Source: Phoronis australis (Eukaryota > Animalia > Phoronida). From it: 64,000 bases of DNA. Positions within the stretch are counted from its first letter, which is position 1. Every line of letters starts with the position of its first letter. Location: positions 336,613 through 400,612 of the forward strand of contig NMRA01000052.1 of NCBI GenBank assembly GCA_002633005.1, in the 5' to 3' direction. The notes under the pieces were generated by a model, which saw nothing but the letters and a program-made list of their open reading frames with translations, was not told where the DNA came from and did not search any database. Made by a program: the position numbers and the translations under genes. Positions 13,401 through 25,998 of the stretch are shown piece by piece.

Positions 13401-16400
13401 TCAGTCTGCAATTAAAGAATATTGATGATCTGCTCGCACTGTGATTACTTAATAGCTGATTTTCGAAAAAGCCGCACCATATTGAAATTCACTATCTCAC
13501 AAGATGGCGACCAGGTCTTTGTAGGACAGGTGTTCAGCGCTTCCTACAGATCCCATGCGGACGGGAAGTTTCAACCAATTGCCACAAACAGCATTTTAAC
13601 ACCTTTCCTACTATCATACTGCTGGCATATGTTCACTGATGTGCAGTGGGACGTACTAATGGCTTAAGACCAAAGGCAAACTTATTGAAATATTCATGGA
13701 GAGAACATTATATTCCATACACTTCCCATGGCAAAGAGAGTCCACGCACGCATAGTCGTTGCATTCAATTCCAGCAATTATCACAGAGCCAAAACAAATT
13801 ACTGAGCCTAGCCTACTAAAACAATAGGAAGGGTCCACAGAGAGATTTAGTCATCTGTTTCAAAAATTAATGGGCCACTGTATATAGTAATGAGTTTCTA
13901 CCATCAGTCGGAATCAATCGGAAGCTGCTGACTTTAGAGAACGTCAATATGAAAAGTCGCTATTGATGGAGTTGATCGACTAATTTAATCCCATTAGTGA
14001 CGTTTTTTTTTAACATAACATCAATAAGCAATTTGAAAACAAATTACAGTAGATGTTCACATTTAGCAGCCAAGTTGCAAAGAGCTCCAGCAATGATTCA
14101 CTGCAAAGCAAAAATGAGGAATTGACAATGCCTAGTTTATAGCATTGTACAGTGTAGTAACAAATACTCTGCAAACAACAAGGCTATTGTTTGTCCATGG
14201 TAATCGAAGCATTTCTCTACTTAATATCCCTTTATTCTTCTCTTTCTGTTTACAGTGTACACTGCCAAAGTGTCATGTTTGCCGATAATTACAACAAGGA
14301 AATATCCAGAGGTACGTTTCATGAAAAGTGAATTGAGACCTCAGTCAGAAATTTCAATTTATGCTCCGCACAACTATGCCAGAAAAACGGTAATTTTATC
14401 TCGCTTAGAAAATAATACACTCAGAGAATATACCCACATTTACTAGTTAATAAAAATAAGTTATAATATCAATAATGCTGAACCTGTGACGATGCGCTCA
14501 CAACTACATCACAAGTCAACAGTATCAGTCAAAAAGACCTGTAAATCCCCATGACGCGCTAACAACTACATCACAAGTCAACAGTATCAGTCAAAAAGAC
14601 CTGTAAATCCCCACCATGACAGCAATGCGGAAATGAAACAAAAATCGTCAAATTAGCTGAGAATGAGGAAAATTAGCAGGAAATTTATTAACTTAAGCAG
14701 CTACAGTGCAATCAGAATTTTGCCTCCATAATAGTTATTACCGGCTGTTTTTGCTGTCCGCAGAATTAGCGGGGTTTTGTATGGTTACCGTTCATCATGA
14801 ACTGCACATGGCAAAAACTTCGTACCGAAGCGGGAATGTAATACAAAATTTATGGCTTAACACCTAAGTCTTGTTTGAAGAGGACGGGCCGCGCAGGAAG
14901 AGATGTCCCATCCTAGATCTACCACCCTTTAACTTATCAATCTGCTGCAATTTTGTGAATGAAATGAAAGCATCCACTGAATTAAAACAACAAAGTAGCA
15001 GCAATATCTTTCATGCTGACCACACCTTCTACTTCCATGTAGACTATATATGACCTTTGACAGCAAGCAAAACGCATGCATTCCCAGATTTCATGCAAAT
15101 ATTTACAACTCGAATCCTTACGTTTGACTTTGTTTCTGCGTCACTACAAATTCTGCTCAGTTCAGAGGTCATTCTCACAAAACTGTTTCCGAGATAGATA
15201 CATTAGAGTTTGGCAATGACTTTGTATTAAGTGACTATTTCAAGTTGTTGAGTGCATATAATCGGTGTAAACGGAAAAGGTTTCCTTTTCCTTAGAGCAG
15301 AGCATGCAATTATTGCATGAGCAATGACGTCAAAAGGAACTCTTTGAAGCTTGCTAGATAACTGGCCTGTGTACCAGGATGAGCGATGTTGGAAAAAAGA
15401 TTGCTGGGAAGGATCATAAATACACAAGATTGATAATTCCAATTTTGCAAACCCCACTCTTTTCTAGAATATTACTATGAAATCCAACCTAAAGTACTGA
15501 GAAAAACCAGAATTCTTGGCTTTGTTTTATAGAATTAAGAAATCTGTCCAGAAAAATCTGCAGAAATTCTCTTGAACGTAAATGGGACACACAGAGCAAT
15601 GTTCGATGTCATCACCTTTCTTAAATTCTAAACACAACAATATAAAGCGTAGCTTCAAATGTGAAATGAAAAATAGCTAAATTGGTGACTTGAGTACCGC
15701 AACGCGAGTTTCAGTTTGAGTTTGAAAATGCTACCGGAAATTTCTGAATATAGGTCTGTGGGAGAATATTCAGAAAACAACCTTTAAAAACGTCAAACGA
15801 AACCGAATAATATGCTCCCCGGCATATTTTCAGAAGGGGCGTGTATTCCTGTAAACTGTATCAAACATTTTGTGATGCAGTTTTTGCTAAACAAAAGTTT
15901 CTTGTGAAGTTTTTTGAAGTAAGCACATCCTTTTTCATGTATGTAGTTGTACATCACTAGTAAAAATTTTATTCGTCCTTACTTATTTGGCATTCATTAA
16001 AAGCAAACAGTGCGTTTAAACTGCCCTTCGCACTCTGCTAATGAACAATCCATTTAGAGTTTCATAACATTAAAATATACCCATGGGAATACCTTCGGGT
16101 GAGCATATTTTCAGAAATTCTTGGCATCATGCACCCAGGTCATAAGGTAGAGGCCAAGTACTCACCTTTAAAGAGAGGCGCAGCCCGCCAGATGGTGATT
16201 GGTCCGAGGCTGGCGAATTGGCCGAAGCTGATCTCCATGAAGAAGAGAGGTATACCACAGATGATAAGCATGAGAAAGTAGGGAATGAAGAAGGCACCTG
16301 AAAACAAAGGAGCAACATTTAACACATATTACAGTAAACAAAGGAGCAACCTGTAACACACGTTACAGTAAACTCTCACCAATGTAGGACACAACATGGC

Positions 16401-18644
16401 AGACAAGTGAAATTTTATTTCTTATTATTTTCCTTCAATGCCTTAAGCTTAAAAGTTTCATCATAAATACTTCACCACTTCTAAGCTCTATAACATCAAT
16501 CAATGTTTTGAGAAATTGTGGACATTCACAATTGTTTTAGGCAAATGTAAAACAAGCAACTTTCGTAATTATTTTTGAGTGAAATTGGTGACAACTGCAT
16601 CATACATCACTCATAATAAAACCGCTCTGAGATGGTGGCGTGTTACAACTATTATTCAATTCTCTTGGTCTATTTACACCGACCTCATGTCTAATATTTA
16701 CATTGTCACGACGTTTCGGTCAGTCTATTCTCTGGCCATCGTCAGGTGTTCCTATGTTCTTACAGGAACAAACACGGATATGTGTTGCACTCACCATGGT
16801 GTGAATTTTTTTTATTATATGTTGTCCGAGAAAGGATTTGAACCCACAACTTCTGAAACTACAGTGGTGTAGTGGTTAAGGTGCTGGACTCAATCTGTAG
16901 TTTCAGAAGTCGTGGGTTCAAATCCTTCCTCAGACAATATATAATCAAAAAAATCACACCATGATGAGTGTACCACATATCTGTGCTCGTACTAAGAATG
17001 CAGGAACACCTGACGATGGCCGGAGAATAGACCAACCAAAACGTCGTGACAAAGTAAGACAAGAGGTTGGTGTAAATAGACCAGTAATAGTTGTATCATA
17101 CTTACCATTTTAAAAATGATGTAAAGTTTTATTCATAATCATATTGTATGGAGAAATTTGATGAAAAGAAGTACCACAAGCCTGCCGTAGAGTGAAGAAT
17201 TTTTAGCATATTTACCCCAACTTGAGTTTCTAAGTTAAATAACTTTTTTGAGAATTATGTGAACATTTTTCCATTGAAATCAGAAAAAACAAATAGAACA
17301 TTTCATTATATTGAGCCCTCGACAAAACGCAGAAATGTAACTTTAGAGCAAAGCCCTTTTCAGTCCATGTCATAATCAGTGATAAATCTATCAAGAACTG
17401 CTAGAACTGAAAAAAATATGAATGCATCAAGAGAGAAAAACAAACAGTTGTCTGTGAATAAGGAAAAGTGCACTCTGCACTGAGTGACATGTTCCCCACT
17501 TGAGACTGTTAATGTTAATACCCAGACAGAGTCTGTTGGAGATAATTGACCTTTAAGTGATTGCATAACACAAGCACAAAAACAAGATTCCTGTTCAGGG
17601 GTAGTGGGGACAGTGACGTAGGTTGAAGCCAAATATAACAGAGTGGATATCCGTGAAATAACTGAAGGATGCACCAAAATGAACGCAAGAATTCGGCAAT
17701 GCGACACGAAGAACATAGTCTTCATTTACATTCGTTTCAAGGCTAAAAATCATTCATACATATTCAGGATATTTCCAATTTGAAATTAATAAAGATTTTA
17801 GATACATGAGAAAATACACTATAATTAACAAAAGCAAAATAATCCACACCTGACCAACCAATTTAAAGTATACTTGTACTGAACAACTGCATTTTGTAGA
17901 TAGTTGTGTTAAAAGTGAACCAGTAGGAGGTGTGACCTTCACGGACAGTTTTGAAACAGTAAGCACAGCCAATAAAATCCATACATTGTTTGAATGAAAT
18001 TTGCAGTTTTCCGGAAAAAACAACTTTTGAGTAATCAATTTTTGACAAGAAACGAACAGAAACTCCGTTAAAGTGGTGGCCATTCACTGCTCTACTAAAA
18101 TGACCAATAGGCAGTGCAACTTGAAGGATACACACATCTAACCTGAGTAATACCTACTGAATTTTAGAACACAAATTAGCGTCATAATTCACAAAAATTT
18201 AATTCCAGACCCAACCACGCACTTTCAATATTCAAATTTAGCACAAAATGAGCAGAGCAGTTTTGCAAATAAATTTTGGTACAAAAAGAAGCCCAGAAAT
18301 GTTTTCCACTGTTTGTCTTTAATTTACTTCTCGCCGTTTAAAACCTTTTAACTTCTTGGATTTTAATTCAACTTTCATAAATTAAGAACAAAAATATTTT
18401 GACGAGATTAGACTATTAACTTGATTTTCCACCTGGCCTTACAATGATGACATCCACACTCACCTCCGCCATTTCTGTAACAAAGGTAGGGGAATCGCCA
18501 AATGTTGCCGAGACCCACGGCGTAACCAAGGCACGACAGGAGGAACTCGAGTCGACTGCCCCAGTTGCCTCGCTCCTTGTTCTCATCTTCGGAGCTGTCG
18601 AGCGTGATCACGTCCTCGATATCCAGCGCACCACGGAGGTCCAT
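1293..18644 (-). CDS. Gene A: SLC6 Na+/Cl- dependent amino-acid transporter, glycine transporter-like (SLC6A5/SLC6A9 group); 10 coding exons, 3' end outside window
   Basis: Exons 18464-18644, 16166-16297, 9813-9956, 7726-7954, 5502-5634, 4791-5029, 3377-3501, 2957-3201, 2285-2485 and 1293-1460 join through GT-AG sites into one 1797-nt open frame. SLC6 motifs: [73 protein letters not shown]. Confidence 0.95.
1556..1770 (+). repeat. Dispersed repeat, with inverted homolog at ~37330-37460 and partial copy at ~48320-48385
   Basis: AAATTTCAGCTGTCGGCCATATTGTGTCTTAAATTG..ATTTTACCATT versus AAATGTAAATTGTCCGTCATATTGTGTACTAAATTAG..ATTTTACCATT. Confidence 0.55.
2285..2485 (-). CDS. Gene A exon (TM10-TM11), 201 bp
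   Basis: [47 protein letters not shown]...[10 protein letters not shown]; tatag| acceptor and |GTGAGT donor. Confidence 0.95.
2957..3201 (-). CDS. Gene A exon (EL4, TM8-TM9), 245 bp
   Basis: [54 protein letters not shown]...LGLPLTTS; cttcag| acceptor and |GTAAGT donor. Confidence 0.95.
3377..3501 (-). CDS. Gene A exon (TM7), 125 bp
   Basis: [41 protein letters not shown]; tttcag| acceptor and |GTAAG donor. Confidence 0.95.
4791..5029 (-). CDS. Gene A exon (TM5-TM6), 239 bp
   Basis: [23 protein letters not shown]...[35 protein letters not shown]; ctccag| acceptor and AG|GTGGGT donor. Confidence 0.95.
5502..5634 (-). CDS. Gene A exon (TM4), 133 bp
   Basis: [44 protein letters not shown]; ttttacag| acceptor and |GTCAGT donor. 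Confidence 0.94.
7726..7954 (-). CDS. Gene A exon (extracellular loop 2), 229 bp
   Basis: [13 protein letters not shown]...[10 protein letters not shown]; ends in the conserved SP.EEYF motif; ttttcag| acceptor and |GTGAGT donor. Confidence 0.92.
9813..9956 (-). CDS. Gene A exon (TM3, start of EL2), 144 bp
   Basis: [48 protein letters not shown]; ttgcag| acceptor and |GTGAGT donor. Confidence 0.95.
10617..10689 (+). repeat. ~35-bp tandem duplication
   Basis: ATCATTTAATTCAATGTCATTTCCAATCACAAAATA occurs twice. Confidence 0.9.
12064..12152 (+). repeat. 22-bp tandem repeat x4 (AACATTGGTATATATTTACCTC)
   Basis: Direct reading. Confidence 0.9.
12209..12370 (-). mobile_element. LINE ORF2 C-terminal remnant (CR1/L2-group-like)
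   Basis: [37 protein letters not shown] resembles the LAQ.R.G..PL.IETGR...E.R.C..C tail of invertebrate CR1/L2-group reverse transcriptases. Confidence 0.6.
14488..14613 (+). repeat. ~62-bp tandem duplication
   Basis: ACAACTACATCACAAGTCAACAGTATCAGTCAAAAAGACCTGTAAATCCCCA occurs twice. Confidence 0.9.
16166..16297 (-). CDS. Gene A exon (TM2), 132 bp
   Basis: [45 protein letters not shown]; ttttcag| acceptor, |GTGAGT donor, phases match. Confidence 0.95.
16705..16750 (-). ncRNA. Minimal type I hammerhead ribozyme motif
   Basis: Minus strand reads CAC-CUGACGA-UGGCCAG agaauaga CUGACC-GAAAC-GUC-GUG: intact core, stem II, loopless stem III and a short CAC/GUG stem I. The + strand copy at ~17007-17048 has GAAA->AAAA. 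Confidence 0.65.
16864..16936 (+). pseudogene. tRNA-Leu(CAA)-like Pol III head (A and B boxes) inside the element
   Basis: TGGTGTAGTGGTTAAGGTGCTGGACTCAA...CGTGGGTTCAAATCCTTCCTCAGACA: A box, CAA anticodon context, long variable region, B box GGTTCAAATCC. The 5' acceptor stem is missing. Confidence 0.6.
18464..18644 (-). CDS. Gene A coding exon 1 (N-terminus, TM1)
   Basis: MDLRG...[40 protein letters not shown] in GCCATCATGG context; acceptor tttcag| just upstream (exon edge 18668); donor G|GTGAGT. Confidence 0.93.
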
Positions 18645-20085
18645 GATGGCCGATTGCTTCCGAGGTAACTGAAAACAAACTGAACATTTCAGATTGATTG
18701 CAAAATAAACAGATGGCTGTAGGAATTCCTGGGTGCGTGATGCGAGAGGTAATCACAAACAAATCGAGTATAATCCAGGACCATGTTTCGTGAATGCAAT
18801 ACACTCACAATATTTTGGGATCGGTGGGAGGAACTAGTCTGCAATAGATGCTTGGAACTTTGGGAAAGGTGTTCTTCACACACAATAGGTCTTTTGAAAT
18901 CGACATACAAGGTTAGTGGAAGTTATTCTTTGTGAACCCTGTTCTGTTACACAAGTGCCCTGAAGTTGGCCTGTATAAGTAAAAGTAGTTTATGGTCCTG
19001 GCTGAGAAGAGAATTTGTTCATTACCCTACGGATTTCGAATAGCTAAGAACAGAATGAAGATACCGTGACGAGAAACTGTTGCTCAGGGAATGATAACAG
19101 TTCATTTTTTGTCATAATTAAGCACTGCAGCCTCGCCGACCGATCGTTTCAATGTTAATGATTTTTCTAGTATACTCGAGTAAAGTGTCAAGGTCAGTAG
19201 CCAACCAAAACATTTACCTTTTGCTAAAATGTCCAGTTTTGCATAGTCGTGTGCGATCTTGCAAGAAACTTTTTCTACTGAGCAAACCTGAATTTTACTT
19301 TATATTTAGAGCAAATCCATAACACGCAAGGTTGGGAAGCATTGCAAAATTGACCCGGAGGTAATCGCAAATAAATCAGCATCATTCTAATTAATCATTT
19401 ATTGAGAACATGTAATAGGTGGCAACAGAGGTCACTGCAGTCTGACTCCATCCTAAATATACCACTGGCAGGCCTTACATTACTGAGACATATCTTATAT
19501 CACTGCATACATGGTCGTAAGTAATACGCCACAGGGGTGCATGCTACTATGGGACACAAGTTGAAATTTCATTCACAAATTGTCGAATGCTGCACACAGT
19601 GACAGCAACCCAACAATGCACTCACCTTTCTACACCACCACACAGCACGGTGAAACAAAGGAACAACTACGGCAAAAATATATTTCAGTCCATAGCCAAC
19701 TGAGGAAGCACTTGGAAATACTCCTCAACTTCGAATAAACCAACAAGTTCAAAACTATGAGTTGACTCCATTCAGCTACGTACTTGCAGAGCAGTAGACA
19801 CAGACTTCAGCCAGAAATAACATCCCCACTGAATATAGTCCAGGTGATGTAACCTTCAAGATATTAGCCTGCTCTGCTGAAACTGTTACTGAAACCCATT
19901 GAAAACTTTAAAAGAAAGTGCATTCTTAAGTGTCCTTGATGTTTTGTAAAACTGCTGGCTAGTAGTGAATGGCTACATTTAATGCATTTATTGGTGCTTT
20001 TGAATTTTAATGAAGACTACATTAAACAAGAACACTCCTTTGAATAAACAGATGGAGTTTTCAATCAACAAATCCAGATTCAGAA

Positions 20086-20557
20086 GGGCCTTACATACTA
20101 ACCTCGATGCCTCCACGGTTTGGGGAGTTGCAGTCAGTATGAAGACTTAACTCCAGTCCTGGATCGAAGTTACCAACTCCAGTTAACCTTGCAGTTAACA
20201 GGTGCAGTATGAACAGTTAACTTGGGTCCAATCGAAGTTATCGCCAGGTGCCACTGTTATCGTCAACTATTACAGGGTATTGCCGTCACTAATAGCTGCT
20301 TATATTTTGCTCTAATAATAACCAATCAATTTGAAAATTAGTATAATGTCAATTAGCACATGTAAATGTTCCCAAATTGACATTCTGAAAAAATGTTAGC
20401 GTGCAGCGCTACCTGGCGATAATTTCGATGACGACAGCGTCACCTCCCGTTTACTTCAATATTCATTAACTACCGAAGCCAGTATGAAAGACCCAGTTAA
20501 CTGCGCTGTTTACGTCGACGCTCCGCTCAGACCGGAGTGAGTCAATATGAAAGGGCC
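20086..20557. mobile_element. MITE with GGCC-YTTTCATA-type TIRs (PIF/Harbinger-like)
   Basis: Imperfect 17-bp TIRs and internal inverted GAAGTTATCGCCAGG/CCTGGCGATAATTTC; homologous to 41801-42311. Confidence 0.65.
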
Positions 20558-21954
20558 TAGAGAGTGGGAACAATATAATTTGCAACTGCCATATATTAAA
20601 CATCCTTACGGTTATTCAGAGAATAAATCCGGAAACGCACATTTTCCTTAATGTCCACAAACAAAATACACTTTTACACCTAAATCTGATTTCAAACTAG
20701 GTATTAATTTCATCGTTCCAAAACTTTAACAGCCACTGACATTTGTCATATTAAAGTGCATGAATTCAGCAGCGGCAATCCTAGAGAATGACCCCCGATG
20801 GAGATCAAACAGTACATAGGCATGCATGAATTCTATCAAATGCTGTTTTCTAAAGTACATGATTGTTCAGATCTCGAATTCAACTCTTCTCAATTACGGA
20901 GGTAGAAAACACACTGCCTGACTGAAATGGTAAAATCGGACCAATTGCAATCAAAATATTAGTCCCAAAATATTGTCTTTTTTCATTTAGGAATGCTCAC
21001 ATTGTATCACAATTTGTCTGATGGTAGGTATGCTATATACAGTACTTGAACACAGAAAAGCATTAGACTTATATTTCACTTAATTGTCTGCCCTGGTGTG
21101 TCCCACATTTGTCAGATTTTACAGGCAGTTTTCGAATGGCAGGGTCGCGAAAACACTATGCGTCAAGTTGTAGTGACAAGCGAAGAAGAATTTATCCAAT
21201 ACCAATTGGCTTTTAATTTTTTAATGTCAGCATTGGAAATTATAATACAACAGCAAAACTTGATTGACATTAAGGGGACAAACGACAAACCAATTTTCAC
21301 AGTGTAAAATAGCATTTAGTACAACAGCAGTGTACAGCGGTTGGTTTAGCGTACTACAGCAAAGTAATAGTGGTGCCGTTCTCGTGTGAAAATTGGTGGA
21401 AGAAATAAGTAACTCCTGTGTATTTTTCAAGCAAAACTTTATGAGGAAAAACTTTAGTAATACGACACGAATTCGTCTAGGTTCTACACCCGGTTGCATG
21501 AAACACTCCAAAATAGGTACTTGACTAAGATACCCAACAGTTTTTCTACCTTTTTTCTTTATTATAACTATCATAACTAAAAGTCTAGTTCCATGAACAT
21601 AAATAGTGACTTAGTCCTTACATTAGGGTCATTGGATGAAATGATCCCTATTTATTTTCAGCAATATTTAGAATTCAATGCTGAGTTCACTCTCGATTTG
21701 TATCAAAGCCAAACATTACTATTAGTATTAAAACCATAACAACACAAAAAGTGCTTTCAAAAGCCTACAAATTCATAGAAAATTCAGAGAACTCTCATGT
21801 GGGACCATTTCATGCAAACGGGCACTGAGATCCGATAAGTTTCGTGGGATTAATACCTGAGAAATTCTTCATGACCTACCTGGTTTAATGATTCAATTTA
21901 AAATTCCAATCATTACCTCAATCCTAAACCCACTGGTGCTAGCACCTGCACTGT

Positions 21955-22040
21955 ACTGTACCGTGCCAGTGTCTGTCAATAGGGGTGACTTATTATTACT
22001 GTACCGTGCCAGTGTCCGTCAATAGGGGTGACCTATTATT
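21955..22040 (+). repeat. 43-bp tandem duplication
   Basis: ACTGTACCGTGCCAGTGTCYGTCAATAGGGGTGACYTATTATT occurs twice. Confidence 0.9.
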
Positions 22041-25000
22041 CCAGTATTCTTTTTAGGCGACACCAACGTTTGTGGAATAAATCTAGTTCCCCCCACCTCG
22101 AGATATTTCTTGGACTTCAAAATACGTGGGACCGGTATTACTGTGCACAAGTACCACAAAATCAGAGAGGAGGCTTTGCTATTTCACAAAGTAACTACTG
22201 GGTATTTGCACGTCTTGTCATTTTTCTTCATGTGTATCACCATGCAGAAAGTTCAAGTCTTTTGCCATCAGGGCATAAGTTCTCTAACAGTAATCTCTTG
22301 TTTACGAAGAACATGCAAGAACTTTTTTTACACTAAGTAACATTTATGGCTCACAACCCAGAGGCACAAATAGTACCGCTATTACTTTAGGACGTGAATA
22401 TCTTTCGATTTGCCTGAAATAAGACCGCAGTTAAGACTACCTACCCAATAGGAAACAATCTACATAACTTTTTAGCATTCTGAGAACACAAAAACTCTTT
22501 TGTCTGGTTTAAGTCTGGGATGACAGGGACAAAACGTAATATTCCTATCAATCACAGACATAGGTAAATTTTTGTCTGAATCTTTCAAATACCCCCACTG
22601 GCCAACGGTAGCAATTGATGGCAGGATGGTCCCAAAGAATTTATCAAAAATGCCAACAAACATCCCACTACATTAAATCCCTAAGAGATTCAAAACGTTG
22701 CCCACCATCTAGTCACTTAGACGTTTTTTAACAAAGTTGCCCTTGTACAAATTGCCTCCTGAACTACATCTGGGCGATAGAAAATTCGGGTTGTAAAACC
22801 CTCATCTCTGACCTCCACAAACCCTCGTTATTTCACTGGTAAAACAGGACATTATCCATGAGTCCGGTATATTTTGACAAACATCTACAAAACGACAGAT
22901 TTTAACTCAATATACATTTTCTGGTAGTAGAAAGCCTGCACAATTTGATTTTTGACTTTTTACTCGTTTTCCCAATAATTGGGTAATGGGACCTGATGTC
23001 TAATTCTTAACATTTAGCAAAAAATATAAAAGTACGTTGAGAGTAAAACGATATTAATAACATACCCAAATTTGGTTTCATATAAACATTCAAGAAGAAA
23101 TCTCAGTACGTAGTTACAGTTCTAAGTCATCATTTCGCTTTGGTTTTATTCATTTTTCGAGTTTTTTTTTCATGAAAATCAAAACAATCCGTAAAAGTTA
23201 CAAATAATCCTAGCAGCCATTTCTGAGACATGATGTTCAGATGTAAGTCAGATTTGGACATTCTTCTAAGGTCCTACATAGACGTAATCAAATTCAATCA
23301 GATCACGCAAGCGGAAAAGATCAAACGCTCAGCCATTTCATGGACCTCTGCAAGCCTGTGAACACACAAACAGCCCTGTGTCAGTGTGTTAAGTCAATAT
23401 ATTAGGTTAAATGATGTGCAAAACAGATGATCCACAGAGATAACCTGACAAGGCAGTGAATGGATAAATCAACACTGGACACGGAGTGATATCAAAGGCT
23501 GGAGATGACATTGATCGTAAATATGAACAGCTTAAAATAGTACATCCGTGTTAGCCAAAAATGCCAATTATCTGGTACTCTTCTCATCTTTTCGAGTAAC
23601 ACTTTGCAACTAATCAGGGGATTACTAAAGCACGACTACACTTCAACAGAATTCCATATATTGATACCATTTTTGCAAATTTAATCGCAAGCTTAATGGA
23701 CTGTAGACAATGGCTTAATAGGGAATATTCTACATGCAGCTTCTTAGCATTGTCACAGCACAAAAGCTTCAATCAGTTTGTAATTCTAATTAAGCACAAA
23801 ATGCAATGAGTTGAATGGGATGTAATGCAATTTCTTTTAGTCAGAGACATTTTGAGAGAGAAAGAGAGGGAGGGAGAGGGGGGAAGGAGAGGGAGACAAA
23901 GAGTAATACATGGAAGAGTTTATATACAATTAAAAGTACAATGACTGCTATCATATTTGTAAATATAAGTTTAGCAGCAAACATACAATAATGTGATGTC
24001 CTTTAATTTGTGTTTTTTCACTGATATCAAGGGGCAGAGGAATTGCAAGAAACTTACGCGATGTGCACACTACCTCTATAAAGTAAATTCATCTTGGTTT
24101 GTTTTTCTAATGCTTGGCATTCTCACCACATGCCTGACAACTCTGAGTCTGCAAACAACAAGGTTTAATTAAAATTTGCTCGAACACACCCTTTCTAACC
24201 TTTCTCCATTCATCAACAACGAAATTGAAAAAAGAAGAACAAAGTCATAAAACTAGATCGCTACAAAAACAAAAACTGTTTACAAATATGCTTTGAACCA
24301 TTCAATGACTTGTTAATGAAATTAATGGTATTCAATGACCCAGCAAAAGATCTCAACTAGACCTGAAACACAAGCCGAGTCAGGAATATACTCAATCCCG
24401 AGTTCATAGCTAAAATGCACAATGTGAATTGACGTTCAGAAGAAAACACACAGCACAACAGCAAAGCTTGGTCAGTTTGATCTGTAACCTTAAAGGGCAT
24501 TATGGGGATTGATGTTGGATGCGATAGGCTTGTTGAAGTTGTTTAAGCTACGACCAGAGCTATAAAACGAGAAAATGTGTTGTGTTTTCGTGATTCTACC
24601 ACAAATCGCCCGTTCTCGCCATTGTCTATCAGCCATTCACTGAAATCCAGGCTGGTGTCTACCATTTAAAGACGTTTTAAATACTGTGCTATGTAATATG
24701 TGGGATTTGGCACAGCGGCAGAGCGTTCAACTGCCACTACATGGCTTGTGAATTCGACTCCGCGCTACCAGCTAATTTCTGACAAATTGGCCTTTGTCGC
24801 CGAGAATGTCACTTTAAAGGTATTACCAAGTTTTCAGTAAAACCATTCTAAATACACAAGCTGAGCATGTGCAGCGCCTGCGTTCTCATGTGGTGGAGAA
24901 CTACGTGGAGTGAACAAGCTGATTTTTACATTGCGCTCCATGGGGACCTGACAATAAAACACAGATTTCTCTTAAAATAGTGCTGTAAACCGAGAAAGCA

Positions 25001-25998
25001 TTATTTGGTTCATTATAAATTTATGCCACCAGTCTGTGAGTATTATTATAGGGTTGTTAAGAAACAGAAATTTACAGATTATTCATGAAGTTTATACATC
25101 CCGAATCTCAGATTCTCACTGTTCAGCTGATGCCGGCGTGATTGGTGAAAGACACAATTAGTTTCTTTTCCATTGAAGGCTAAATATCAGTATAAATACT
25201 AAACATAGGGCACACTTCATAAAAATATGACTGCCTTTGCACAGTATTACAAGATTAATAATAAAATCAGCAAGCTCCTTGAAATCGCACTCTTCTCAAC
25301 AACGTCATCTTGATAATAGACTGATATTTCTACTGCGAGATGATAAAACAAAATCTCAATGACAGCTACAACAGTACTATTAGCTGAGAAGCACTGTTAG
25401 TTTGGTGCGACCATAGGACAGTCTATGTGACCATAATTAATAGTTTTGAAACAAAAAAATCCCCAAACAGATGTGATAATAGTCATGGCATCATGTGTAA
25501 ACATGCAGCTGACTATCACCACTGCTTTAGACAATGTACAAATCACCTCACTCACAGTTGTGGTCGACTTAAAGTAACAGATTTCCGCAATGATTTTGTT
25601 GATAGCAATAACAAATACAACGGATCATCAACAACACAAGGAGAACACTAATTACATTATTTTCATACCAACCTAATCACAGGATAATTAGTTATAATGA
25701 AAACAACGCTATGCTTAACCTATAGACATTTTCCCATTGATGTCTATCCTCAAGTGTTCATGGGAGCATCAGTCAGAGGGAATGCTTTTGAATTTTGCTT
25801 TTGATTGTTGATTCAAACTTAAAAGTGCATCGCAACTCTGAGGTAAACAAGTGGATTTAACTGTGAACGTGGTCATGTCGAATCATGGGAATGCTTAGCT
25901 TCAAGATGACATCAACAGATCTCGTCGTCAGCAACAGCACGTGTTGCTTTACAAATCACTCTAATCTTTGTTCACCATTCTACAACTTTAAGCATTTC

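Larger units (their letters stand above)
16612..17096. mobile_element. Inverted-repeat retro-insertion: tRNA-derived head + Penelope-type hammerhead/pLTR
   Basis: Imperfect inverted arms of about 200-220 bp (16644-16864 and 16895-17095) with a 30-nt spacer, and an extra ~30-nt tail only on the left. Each arm carries CTGACGA..(G/A)AAACGTC. Confidence 0.75.

Noticed and set aside
16864-16936. Functional tRNA-Leu gene
   Set aside because: The 5' acceptor stem is missing, stems are degenerate, and it is embedded in an inverted repeat.
16579-17062. Two similar ORFs on opposite strands (97 aa and 67 aa)
   Set aside because: They are a by-product of the inverted repeat, not protein genes.
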